Origin: Blasia pusilla | Lineage: Eukaryota | NCBI GenBank assembly: GCA_050084515.1 | Contig: CM114271.1 | Coordinates: 25,234,001-25,298,000 of the forward strand | Reading direction: 5' to 3' | DNA length: 64,000 nucleotides | Shown: positions 13,370 through 25,679 of the stretch, one piece after another | Layout: the number at the start of each line of letters is the position of its first letter | How positions within the stretch are numbered: position 1 is the stretch's first letter | Program-made: the position numbers and the translations under genes | The notes under the pieces: generated by a model | Seen by the model: the letters and a program-made list of their open reading frames with translations, nothing else | What the model was told of the DNA's origin: nothing | Databases searched by the model: none

Positions 13370-14229
13370 TATCGTGCGCCTACTCTCCATGAATGTTAAT
13401 CTTTGTTGTTGCGGAAGCCCGCTGATTGATCCAGACCGGACTAACCAGAGTGCGTGTAAATAAGGTCAAAAAAAGAAAATTGAAACAGTAGGTCACGCTC
13501 TCAATGGTGATCTGCATCCAAACACGCACTCTGGTTAGTCCGGTCTGGATCAATCAACGGGCTAACTTTCCAAGTTCTCGTCTCGGTCTCACATCAAGCT
13601 CAACTTTCCCAGTTTCGCAGTTCACAACACAGCCAAGTCTCGAAAGATTTGGGACAAACTTTATGGTCGGTTCAGGAACCTCAAACGGAATTTTTCGCCA
13701 GGCGGTTCCAACTTTCTGATGGACATCTAATGAGTCCCTAACCAAGACTCACAAAAAATGAATCACGGGTCGGAAATCCAAGTGTAGCGTACAGAGTCCA
13801 CTCCCTTAGATCAAGTTTGGGTTTCGAGTTCCAACACCAAACTCCCGTTCCATCCCGGGCCCTTGAGACGTCATTTGGTGCTCAAAGTGGGGATTTGTGT
13901 TCCAAGACATCTTGGAAAGACTCCTCCCTTACAAGTACTTCTGGAGATCTTTGGGGTCCCCCTAACTTTGGTTCTCACCTCTTTGGCAACCAACCTTCCA
14001 AGACTCAACTCATCTCAAGTCTTGGTTCGCGCTTGGTCTGGGTTTCCTAGTTACGACCACTAATGCATGAAATGCACAACTCTGTTTCGCGTTTCGTCTC
14101 TTGGACTTTTCCAATAGACCTTCCAAAAGCCTCTCTATAGCACAATCATCGCAGCGTGAGTCCACTTGAGTTATGATGTTCCGCTTGGCGCCTATTTGAT
14201 GTTCGTTTGGTTATGAGGGTCAATACAAT
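13370..14229 (-). mobile_element. Solo LTR of the Ty3/gypsy family at 20058-25679, inserted in the Helitron Rep domain
   Basis: Reverse-complement match to the LTR at 20058-21086, with an internal deletion of about 230 bp. Apparent 5-bp TSD GCAAT (13365-13369 / 14230-14234). It splits the GRRIVL-(P)SSF motif. Confidence 0.85.
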
Positions 14230-15399
14230 GCAATACAATGCGCCTTCCAAACCTTGCATCATCTCGGTCACTCTGACACATGACATTCTTTAGACCTTAA
14301 TATAATTCCACTCGCAACTCCTTTCGATTTTAAGCAAACCCAAGATAGTCGTTGCATCTATACTTTGGAGTAAATATCAACCATATAATCTTGAGTAAGA
14401 CGACCAACTCAAAGCAAATGATTATCATCTTCGGCACCAACATGGATTTGAAGTTGAAAAGGGTTTAGGGTTTAGTTGTAGACGCGAATTGTAGTGTAGT
14501 TACAATATTCCTCCTTCCTTCATATGCATGGGGAATCTCATCATCGATTCTTTCTTCCTCTATGCAATCATCCAATTCTTCCATGTGTCCATCCACGGTA
14601 GTAGGCATATTGGCGATTGTGGTTTCTTGAAATCTCCCAAGAGATATTCCTAGATGCCAACCTGCTTCACCATAAACAAATAATATAACAAAACACAATG
14701 GAATATATACTTCATTTAGATTTGAAATACAAATAACTCCTCCACCTTGTAATTGGACAATAATATCACAACGGTCAATATGCTCACTACCATCACTAGG
14801 TAAGATTGCATCAACCTCAGATGCGATTGATAAGCTATTACGTTTGGAATCCATTCCTCGATTATGCGCCTTTAGAATGATGCGAAGATTAGGTCCACTT
14901 GCCTCGTTTGCTATGTGTCAAAATATCCTCACATAGGGACTATGTTCATGTAACATATATTGCAACCCTCTTAAGATTTCTTGTCGGAGATCATCAAACA
15001 TAACTCTTCCTCGATTTTCCAATTCATTTTCGGTATCGTAAATGTGTACCAAAAATGCATAGTTGAGGAAATTGGGGATTACTCCCCTCATTAGGATGCA
15101 ATGGACTGATGCAATGATAAATTCCACCTTGAATACAAAAGTGTTTGGTGCCACTAGCTTGCTCCTTGACTTGAGCTCCAATATATGCTAATTGCATAGC
15201 ACAATTCTAAGCTCGAGCGTGTTAAAGAAAATGAAGACATTTAGCTCCAACACAAAAAATCAACGATTTCAAGAATAGAGGACAACACCTTAATAATGGG
15301 AGTTGCATGTTTCCATGATTACAACACATTTCCAAAAGGTGAGTTTATCAGTTTCGATACCTTTTACTCTTCACCTTTTCACACTTCCAATGTAGGGCA

Positions 15400-16140
15400 T
15401 GGCATGAAGGGCATATTTTTGTCATGGAACCAATGGTATGGCGACCAATTACTTGGTTGATACTTCCTCCTAATCTTAACTTCATTATATCGCTAGCATG
15501 ACGACATTATCAACAATGTCCCCACACTTCATACATTTGAGACATCCACTCATGTAACGCCTATAGTCGTCGAGCAAGTATCTTCTATGAAGAATGTATG
15601 TGTACCTCAAGATGGTCAACCTATGAATAATGGTACGGCTATCATGGAAGACATATCTATTCAACATGATAACGACATTATCAACAATATCCATTCACTT
15701 CATACATTTGAGGTATCCACTAATGTAATGCTTAAAGTGGTTGAGCAATTATCTTTTGCATATCATGGATTAAATCTCCCAATTGAGAGTGCTCACTCAC
15801 CCATTCATAATGTTAAACGAGCTTCAAGGGTCAGCATGTCACTCAATGTTGCACGAAATCGAAACTTCCAAGAGGCCGATATAATGAATTTAAGATTAGG
15901 AGGAAGTATCAACCAAGTAATTGGTGGTCGTACTATTGGTTCCATGATAGAAATATGGCCTTCATGCCATGCCAATGATATAATGAAGTAAAGATTAGGA
16001 GGAAGTATCAACCAAGTAATTGGTCGTGATACTATTGGCTCCATGAGAGAAACACTGTTGAATAGATATGTCTTCCATAATAGCCGTAGCATTATTCATA
16101 AGTTGACCATCTTGAGATACACATATATCCTCCATAGTAG
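15400..16140. repeat. Rearranged inverted and tandem duplications in the Helitron 5' coding region
   Basis: 15400-15492 is the reverse complement of ~15878-15975, with a further partial copy at ~15975-16047. 15585-15665 is the reverse complement of ~16057-16138. Confidence 0.8.
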
Positions 16141-19100
16141 GAATTTTACATGTTACATTTGGAAATATTCATAATCCCATCTTGAGTTACACGCCTGCAA
16201 ACAAAAAAATTGAATTTTATCATCTAAGGAGGAAACATTCGAAGACACCCTCCTCAAGTGTCTTCTAAGAATTCTTTCGTTGTTGACACATGAGAAAATT
16301 AAATGGAGAAGGAAAAAGATTATCTTTGGCTTTTTAATATTTGAAGATCATCTATGCATAGCATGTGAAACCCTCTCGTAGAGAATATGTGAGAAACTAC
16401 ATACCTTGTAATACTATAAATCATGGAGGAAGAAATTTGGTAAAATAAAAGAGAAGAGATATTTTAAAATATGGGGAAATTTTTAAAAAAAATTAAGAAA
16501 GGAAAAAAAGGGAAAATTAAATAAAAGAAGAAGGAGGGGAAAAGAGATAAAATTTTGGAAAAGGAAAAAATGAGGACATAGGAGTTTTGGAACGTTGGAT
16601 TCATTTGAATCTGCACCGTCTGATCTAGGTTATCCAAATCCGACGTATGAAGGATGTCACACCGTAGGATATAGGATTGCAAGATGGGACGGTCCGATCT
16701 TTCCCAAGGTGATGCGCCCTGGCACCGTTGGATCTAGGGTAGCAATCTTAACTTCATTATATCATATGTAAAAATATGGGATCATGCTTGTTTGTGTGTC
16801 TGTTCGGTGACAACGATGTATGTTGTATAGCGATGTGTATGTGCACGAAAACCTCACCTTTATATATGGTCTTGGTAGCGACGATGGAAATGTAAAAATC
16901 TTCATCCCAAGGCCAACCGAATCGCTTTTCGTCTCTCCTCGTACTTCCGTAAGGTGCAACCTTCAAATTTGCAACCTTTTGATTGAGTGTATCAAACTAT
17001 GTTGCCACATCATCCATGATTACTATAACGTGTGTAGATAAGAGATACTCCAAGAAAGATGAAGCCCTATACACCAACTTCTTCCATGTAGTATGGGAGT
17101 AGATGGCACCAACATATGGGAATATGAAAGGATAGTCATCCTCGTTACATTAGTATTCCTAGTCAACGACTATCCTCCCTCGCACAAATATCCCAAGACC
17201 CATGCGAAGAGCTAAACTTGAGTCTTTCATTATGTACATCCTACCTCATGTCTATGTGAGCCCACCAATAAGGATTGAGTTAGGAAGATGGTGATTTGCA
17301 TAACAAGCATGGATGATCGGGGCAGCCCAGATCCCTCTCATTTCCGCTCTCCCGCCTCCTAGCGCCCTCCTCTCATGGCACTCTCTGCTCTGCTCTAACC
17401 GCCCTCTCAAGTGCCCCACTTGGGCGCCGGTCAAACTCTGCTCCACTCTCGCCTCTCTTAGTGCCCTCCTCTCGTAACCCTCCCAGGCACACTCGTCTCG
17501 CGGCCCTCTCCGCAGTGCTCCACTTGCGGCCCTCTCCTCGTCCGCCCTTGGAGCTGCGTCGCCAGCCCTCGCGTTGCCGATCTGTGTTTTTTCCGTCCAC
17601 TCGGCTGTGACTCATCCCCGCCCTCATGGCTATGCCTCGTAGCCTCTCTCGCATTTTAGTGCCCTGAGGGCAACCTTTCGAGGTTGCATTTGCGTTCCCC
17701 CTCTCTAACCCTCGTGCCTTTTGGGCACCCTCACAACGCCGCTCTTCCAGCCCCCTCTCGACGTTGTCCTTGGTCTCAAGGTCTGAGACTGACTCATTGC
17801 AGCCCTCATGGCTCCCTCTCAACGTCGACTCGTAATCCCTTCTCCACAAAGCCCTCGCAACTCCTCCCGGCCTCTCTACCATGTTTTGTGTCTTGCTGCT
17901 CTCTTGAATTGAAACTCCTGCCTTTTACTTTCGATTTGCATTCATTGATGGTTTCATTTTCTAGCTATGGGCTTCTACTTTCATAGATCTCTCGTTACGC
18001 TGTTCACCAGGGCCATCTGCCGAGTCAAGACTACTCGTGAGTGATAAGGTGGATTGGTAAGATTAGGGCGCTTGAGTGAAGTTATCTCTGCAGATTGGGA
18101 CGATGTTTGAGAGAGTACACAACCTAAGGTTGGGGATATATTCGTGAGTGTTTGGATTCGGCTTTGGAGCGCTCTCGGCGCATGGTTGACAAATGCAATG
18201 CGCTCTCATCCGAGCCGGTCTTGGGATGGGGATCGTTGTGAGATTGAGGATCGCTGGTAGATTGAGAGAGTATTATCTCTACACGCAACTACTTCAGAAT
18301 GTAGAGAGGATATATCACAAGAAAGTAGATAGATTAAACACAGTTCTACCTTTACATGATCTATCTCTACACTGTAATTTTGAAGGAAACGCTCACTTCC
18401 ATTGATCTCTTTCTCTTTCTTGCTAGCCAGGGAGGGAAGTTTTGTCTACTCCTACTTGAACTTCTAGATGATTCCTCTCGACCATGCTTGTAACCTTGCA
18501 TCTGCTCGTCATCTCGAATCTTGATATCTTCCCGGCTTTTGACAGGCTTTGGGATGTACTCTTCTAAGCTCATAGTGTGAATTCTTTTGCTTGGATTTGG
18601 ATCATCATTCAAAAAACATTCTGATTTTGGCCCTCCGTTGATACTGAATAGAGTGGATAGGGATCTTCAGTCCGTTGTCGTGTCGAGAGCATTTCTTCGA
18701 GTAAGGGCGGACCTTCTAGCTGCAACAGAAGTGGTTGATGCAAGTCAAACTCTATAAGAATTTCTCCTTTTTTGATACAGAATTATTATGTAAACTCTCC
18801 ATTCTGTCACGATAGGAATCACAAATGGTAGTGTCGAGGCGATCACTTCTTCATAACATGGAATCCCAAAATTCCTAACTATGAAATCCCTGTAAACTAA
18901 TTTACGTTTGTACACAAGGAAAATAGCACAACTAGTGTTAAATCTTACTCGAGCAGGCCTATTGACATCCATTGATAGCTATATAAGGACATACAAAGTG
19001 CAATCCCATGCCCTTCTGTACGTGACTATAGGAAAAATCACCAGAGTTAGAGATTGCATGATTTGGTTCATGAACACATTCCCAAAGTGATAAACTAGAT

Positions 19101-20057
19101 AGCGAGTGAACCACTGCCTATCTACAAAGAGAATCTTGATGTGGTACGGGTTAAAGAAAGGAAAATCCGACATAACTCGTGCTCCATCCCTATCCATACT
19201 TGACAAACATTCTCATCTCTCCTCTAGAATGGGATTTGGCACAGTTGTTCTCCCAAGAAGGGTAATCCACTCTCATTAGGAAAATAAGAAGCCAAACCAT
19301 CCTCTTCTTCTAGTGTGACTAAATTCATCTAAGATGACAAGTCTCTCATCTCCATACATACCATACTCTAGAAAACTTTCAAAGACCAAGGTCAAATTAC
19401 TCTCCCAAGAGAGGTAATCCACTCTCATTGGAAGAGCAAGCAATCCCAAAGCCATATATTCAAGAAACACGAGAAACTCAAGATGTGAAGTAGAAGGTGA
19501 TGAACCCTTGAAGGTCCCTCCTCTTTATATACTCACAAGGGATATACAAGAATACAAAATATGGCTAATCTTATCTTGTACCACATGGCTTCCTCTCAAG
19601 GCTTAGCCAATCACATTTTGACACAAGTATATTATCTCTTATCTATTCCAAAATATCCTATTTTACTCTCTTCATATCTTCCAAACTATCCTATAACCCT
19701 AGTCACCAACCAAGACTACTTTTGCTTTTGTTTTATTAAACCATCAATCCCACTACTTTACTTTTCTAATCTCATCTTTTATTTATTATCTTTTTTCCTA
19801 AAGTTGGGCCCGTGCAAATGAGTCACCATAAAAAGATTTAAACATGGTAATTTCATTTTCCTAAGCTAATTTACCTTATACTAATAAAACTCCTTAACAC
19901 TTAATGATAGAGAAGTTTACATAGCGGGTGATTTTACTATACGACACGGTTATCATGCTCAGTTAAGGGATGGCAATGAGGTTCCAAAATCCCTTTTGGC
20001 ATGCCTAAAATTTGGCTTGCTATGGTAACCCAATTTGGTCCCCGATTTTGGGTTGAT

Positions 20058-23000
20058 AGTCACGACCCTCATAACCAAACAAACACCAAATAGGTGCCAA
20101 GCGGAACATCAAAACTCAAGTGGACTCACGCTGCGATAATCACGCTTTGGAGAGGCTTTTGGGAAGATCTCTTGGAAAAGTCCAAGAGACGAAACGCATA
20201 ATAAAGTTGTGCATTTCATGCATTAGTGGTCGCGACCAGGAAATCTAGACCAAACACGAACCAAGACTTGAGATAAGTTGAGTCTTGGGAGGTTGGTTGC
20301 CAAAGAGGTGAGAACCAATTTTGAAACGCGACTAGCATTTGGGGAAGTTGATTGTATTTTGGACCATAACATTTAGCCTCTAGATGCGTTCAAGACAAGC
20401 AAGGGCACATTGGAAAACTTATCCTATGGCACTTATAACACACAAAGATCTCAGAAAACACATAAGTAGAGGCTGAGATATTGGTCGAAAACAATTGTAA
20501 GAGCAATCGGGTTGAGGGCCACTTTGAGGGGCCCGACTGTCCTTCCCTAAAGTTTGGGGGACCTCGGAGATCTCCAGAAGTACTTGTAAGGGAGGAGTCT
20601 CTCCAAGATATCTTGGAACACAAATTCCCACTTTGAGCACCAAAAGGCGTCTCAAGGGTACAGGATGGAACGGGAGTTTGGCATTGGAACTGAAATCCAA
20701 GCCTAATCCAAGGGAATCGACTTTGTACGCCACGCTTAGATTGTGATACGTGATTCATTTTGTGTGAGTCTCGGTTTGGGACTCATTGGATGTCCATCGG
20801 ACCATTAGAACCGTCGGGCGCGCAAGGCCGTTTGAGATCCCTGAATCAACCAAAAAGTCTGTCCCAAGAATTTCCAGACTTGCATGTATTGTAAACCGCG
20901 AAACTAAGAAGGTTGAGTTTGATGAAAGACCGAGACCACAACTTGGAAAGCTAGCCCGCTGATTGATCCAGACCCGACTAACCAGAGTGTGTGTTTGCAT
21001 GCAGATCAACGTTGAGAGCATGATCTACTGAACGCATGCTTACGCAATAAAAAAGATTAACGTTCAAGGAGAGAAGACGCACGACACGTGGTATCAGAGC
21101 TAATCCTTGATGAGCGTGAACTTGGGCCGTAGAAGATCTGGACGTTTGAGAAGAACTCAAGGTAGCTAGAAGACTGCGACGCTCAAGGAGGAACGCAAGA
21201 GACGAGGAGGAGATCTGAGAAAGCTAGGACTCGCAAATGGCAACCAAGGGCGAAGAACCAAGGAAGCCGTGAGTCAAATAAAAAAATCCGAGAGACAAAT
21301 CAATGACAGACGGTGAGCCAAAGGAGGAGATAGCAACTCCCAAAGTGCCGAGTCCCAGATATAAGGATGTCCCAAACACGAATCTTTCCGCGGGATCTTC
21401 AGCTCCAAACTCAAACAACCCGGACTTTTATATCCAAATGATGGACTTTATGAAGGTGATGGCGGACCAGATGGCCGAACAGAGCAAGGTGATTGTAGAA
21501 CTCAAGTCAAATGGAGCCTCTAGTTCCAGCAAGAAGTTTTACAAGACAAACTTTCCAATGCCATTCACAGAAATGGAGCGTTCTCGGAAAGTGAGCGAGT
21601 TCGAACGGAACTCAAACTTTACTTCGAAGCGCAAAGGGCATATGAGCAAGACAAGATGACTGTAGCGGTCACGTTTCTGAAGGATCACGCTATCCACTGA
21701 TGGATGGCTCACCGCAAAGAACATGTGGGCCGTGGAAGAACTTTGAGTTGGGAAGAGTCCAAGGGGTTGATTCCATCCAGAATATTAGGAGTATCGCGAT
21801 GGCATGGAGTTTTTGAGATTGCGCCAAAGCGGATCCCTTAGCGCTTATGTGCGAGAGTTGAGTGCACAAATGAGCTCACTTTCCACATATGAGTTTACAA
21901 AGAAGGTGATCTTGTTAAGTGGACTCAAACCGAGCGCCAAAAAGGCCCTCTTTTGCATGCCTCACATTCTAGAGACGTGCACGGAGCTTTTGAGGCTAGC
22001 GGAGCAGATAGGGGACAATGAAGTCCAAAACCAGAAACCCTTTAAGCCGAATTTTCTTTGTAAGTTACTTAAATCCAAAGGGGCGTCCAAGAGGGTTTGG
22101 AATGGGGGTGAATGCAACCACGGAGGATCTCTTGCCCCTAACAACGAAACAAGTGGAACTCAATGCGAAGCCAAGAGGGTCGCCGTTCCCAAAGTCAAAA
22201 AATGCCAAAGTGATTTGCTACAATTGTGGCGAACACATGAATATGGCTAAGGAATATGTGAGGCCCAAGGTTAGCAAACCGAGTATGATTGCGTTTGCTG
22301 CTAAGCACTAATCGGCGAGAGATCTAGATACATCTCTCCAAGTCACCAAGAGAACTCCCAATTTGGTTTACCTAGGAGCCAAGATCACTAATCGCGATGT
22401 GATGTTGCTCGTTGATACAGGTGTTTTGCACTCATTCTTAAGCCCAATAATCGTGACGGCATTGGGATTGCCAACCACTAAGGCGGATAAACCCATTAGG
22501 GTAGGATTCGCGGGAGGCAAGTCCCACCAGACCTTAGAGCTGATTTTAGGGCTAGTTGTGGGATGCAGAGTATTTGAGTTGAAGGAGAAATTCACATTTT
22601 GCGACATGGAAGGAATCGATGGAGTCTTGGGGAACACATTCTTCGTGAGGTTCCTAGAAAGACAAAGTTGCTGAATGCCATCATGAGGACAAGTTTGACC
22701 GAGTTAGAGGAAGGATTCCTTTGCTTGATGAGACAAGTAGAGGATGATGCAAAAGCAAGATGCAGAGATCATAGCTCAGCTTCAAGGGGAATCCCTAAAA
22801 CACTCAAGAGAGTTGTGAAAGAATTTGGAGATGTGTTGACTAAGGAGCTTCGGACTGAGTTGCCACCACATAGGGCGGTTGATCATAAGATAGAGGTGAT
22901 ACCCGGATCTCAACCACCTTCAAAGGCGCCATATATGTTGAATCAAGAAGAACTTGTTGAGTTGAAGAGTAGGTTGAAGAATCAGTTGGATGAACTCCTA

Positions 23001-25679
23001 TAGAGGGGTTACATCTGAACTGTTAAGTCACCTTGTGGAGCGCCCGTCCTCTTTGTGAAGAAGAAGGATGAAAATTTGAGACTCTGTGTTGATTATTGGG
23101 TGTTGAATAAAGTGACGGTAAGGAGCAACTATCCTCTTCCAAGGATGGATGACCTCTTTGATTGATTTTCAGGTGCCAAGTATTTCAACCCGATTGACCT
23201 AAAATCAGGATATTATCACATTCGAATTGTCGAAGCGGATGTAGAGAAGACTGCGTGTAGGATGAGATACGGTTCGTTCGAGTTTGTGGTAATGCCTTTT
23301 GGTCTTTGTAATGCACCTACGACATTCACCACTTTGTTGAACTCCATCTTTCATAAGGAGACAGATGAGTTTGTGATCATCCACATAGATGACATACTCA
23401 TCTATTCGAACACACTAGAGGAGCACGCTTGACATTTGAAGACCGTGTTTGAGAAACTCTAGGCGAACAAGCTATATGCGAATGCGGATAAGAGTGAGTT
23501 CGGTTTGACAAAGATCAAGTTCTTGGGGCATGTGGTAAGTGCAGATTGAGTCCAGACATGGAGAAGGTAAGCGTGATTGCCGAATGGGAACCGCCTTCCA
23601 CAATGAAGGAGATGAGGAGGTTCATCGGAGCGGTCCAATTTTATCGGACATACGTGAAGAACTTTTTGGGAATAGTGGATCCTCTCACACATTGGACCGC
23701 CAAGTTTTCCAATATAACATGGACCAAGAAAGTGGATAAAGCGTTCAACCGAGTCAAGGAGATCCTCTCGCAGGAACAAGTTCTGAAGCTGGCAGAGTTT
23801 GACCAACCATTCGAGGTGCACAATGATGCTAGTGATCTTGCGATTGCAAGAATTTTGGTGCAAAAAGGGAGACATGTAGCATACGAGAGCAAGAAGCTTA
23901 GCGACATCGAAAGGAGATGGCCCACTCATCAAAAATAGTTGTTCGCAGCGGTTCATTCCTTGAAGAAGTGGCGTCACTATCTAGGACTTCACAAGCCTCG
24001 AGTATTCACTCATAATATATCGCTCAAGTTTATTGAGACCCAGGATCATGTAACATCGAAGCAACTTTGATAGTATGATACCTTGGCATTGACGAATGTG
24101 GAGCTAATCCACAAGCCGGGGAAAGACAATGTCATTCCATATGCGTTAAGTCGCAGGGATGAGCATATGCCATCGACGACACAAGTCTTGAGAGCAATGC
24201 TCCCTAATGAAACAAACCTGGAAAGAAGGATTCGTGAAGGATACATGAAGGATATGCAAGCGAGTGAGTACCTTGGGAAGTTGAAGCGAGGTGAGAAGGT
24301 GGCCAATCTAAGTTTGAGGCACTGCTTGCTAAGGTTTAAGCAAAACAAGATCTATGTAGGCCAAGGCAAGCTACGGACCAAAGTTTTTTTGGAATTTCAT
24401 GATGGACTTTTGGCATGACACAAAGGGGAGAAATCCACTCTGGCTGTTTTGGCCAAGAGGTTCTTTTGGCCCAACATGAAGGAAGATGTAGCTCAATATG
24501 TGAAGACCTGCGTAACCTGTTAGGCAAACAGAGTTTCTTATGCAAAGAAGCAAGGCTTACTTCGTCCTTTGCCAAGCCCGGAGGCACCCTTGCAAAGCAT
24601 TAGCATGGATTTCATTACGAGTCTTATGGAATCTGAGGGATACAACGCTATACTTGTGATAGTTGATCGTGCCGACGAGATATTCTACGACGGCCTACAC
24701 GACTTCCCGACTATTCTTGGATGGTTGGTGGCGAACTCACGGATTGCCTATGAGCATTATGTCCGATCGAGATCCAAAGTTTACCAGTGCCTTTTGAAAT
24801 CATCCATTCAGGAGGTTCAAGACCAAACTCAACTTTAGTACGGCCTTCCATCCTCGAACGGATGGGAAAACGGAAAAATAAAACTCAATCGTGAACCAAT
24901 ACTTAAGGAATTACGTGAGTGCGGACCAAAGAGATTGGGCAAAGTGGTTGAGTATTTTTACAATTGGACCAAGCATTCTACAAGTGAAGAATCTCTGTTT
25001 CTTCTGGCGTATTCCAAAGGAATTGTCCATGAAATTGTCAGCCAAGTATGCTGGACCGTAGAGGCTGAGATATTGGTCGCAAATAATTGTGAGAGCAATC
25101 AGGTTGAGGGCCACTTTGAGGGGCCCGGGTGTCCTTCCCTAAAGTTAGGGGGACCTCGGAGATCTCCGGAAGTACTTGTAAGGGAGGAGTCTCTCCAAGA
25201 TGTCTTGGAACACAAATCCCCACTTTGAACACCAAATGGCATTTCAAGGGCACGGGATGGAACGGGAGTTTGGCGTTGGAATTTGAAACCCAAACCTGAT
25301 CCAAAGGAGTGGACTTTGTGCGCCATGCTTGGATTCTGACCCATGATTCATTTTGTGTGAGTCTCGGTTAGGGACTCATTGGATGTCCATTGGACAATTG
25401 GAACCGCCATGCGTGAAACGCCGTTTGAGGTTTTTGAACCGACCATAAAGTCTGTCCCAAGTATTTTGAGACTTTCCTGTGTTGTAAATCGTGAAACTAG
25501 GAAGGTTGAGTTTGATGAAAGACCAAGATGAGAACTCGGAAAGTTAGCCCGCTGATTGATCCAGACCCGACTAACCAAAGTGTGTGTTTGGATGCAGATC
25601 AACATTGAGAGCGTAGCCTCTTGAATGCATGCTTCCGCAACAACAAATATTAATTTTCAAGGAGAGTAGACACACGACA
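20058..25679 (+). mobile_element. Ty3/gypsy LTR retrotransposon, decayed
   Basis: 5' LTR 20058-21086, then PBS TGGTATCAGAGC (tRNA-iMet) at 21089-21100. Internal domains in Ty3 order: gag with degenerate knuckle CYNCGEH, protease LLVDTG, RT (LCVDY, MPFGLCNAP, IHIDDILIY), RNase H (FEVHNDASD..AYESKKL) and integrase (ISMDFIT, FHPRTDG). The 3' LTR is 5'-truncated (~25056-25679). Flanks TTGAT/TCGAC are consistent with a TSD altered by C>T. Many stops and frameshifts. Confidence 0.93.
21089..21100 (+). promoter_or_regulatory. Primer-binding site complementary to the tRNA-iMet 3' end
   Basis: TGGTATCAGAGC two nt after the LTR end ...CGACA. Confidence 0.9.

Larger units (their letters stand above)
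9971..16770 (-). mobile_element. Helitron (decayed Rep/helicase element)
   Basis: Minus-strand fragments in Helitron order: N-terminal CPSCHALHWKCEK..MCCNHGNMQLP (~15300-15420), IYDTENELENR, GEAGWH, GRRIVL/SSF..GPRHM..YFLTMTCN, HUH motif VVEFPKIDLPHVHILI (~13050-13105), KY*YKYVYKG (~12575-12605), RLLLHHIRGTTTYEYLRTV, and PIF1 helicase FIDGPGGIGKTFLY, IIWDEAPI and ILTPKN. The 3' end has a degenerate hairpin (aggtgca...ttcacgt, ~9977-9995) then CTAG|T at 9974-9971. The 5' boundary is uncertain. Confidence 0.9.

Noticed and set aside
17290-19950. GC-rich low-complexity stretch, short charged ORFs and an LTR-like TATA region
   Set aside because: Probably retroelement debris, but I could not identify a domain, paired LTRs, a PBS or a TSD.
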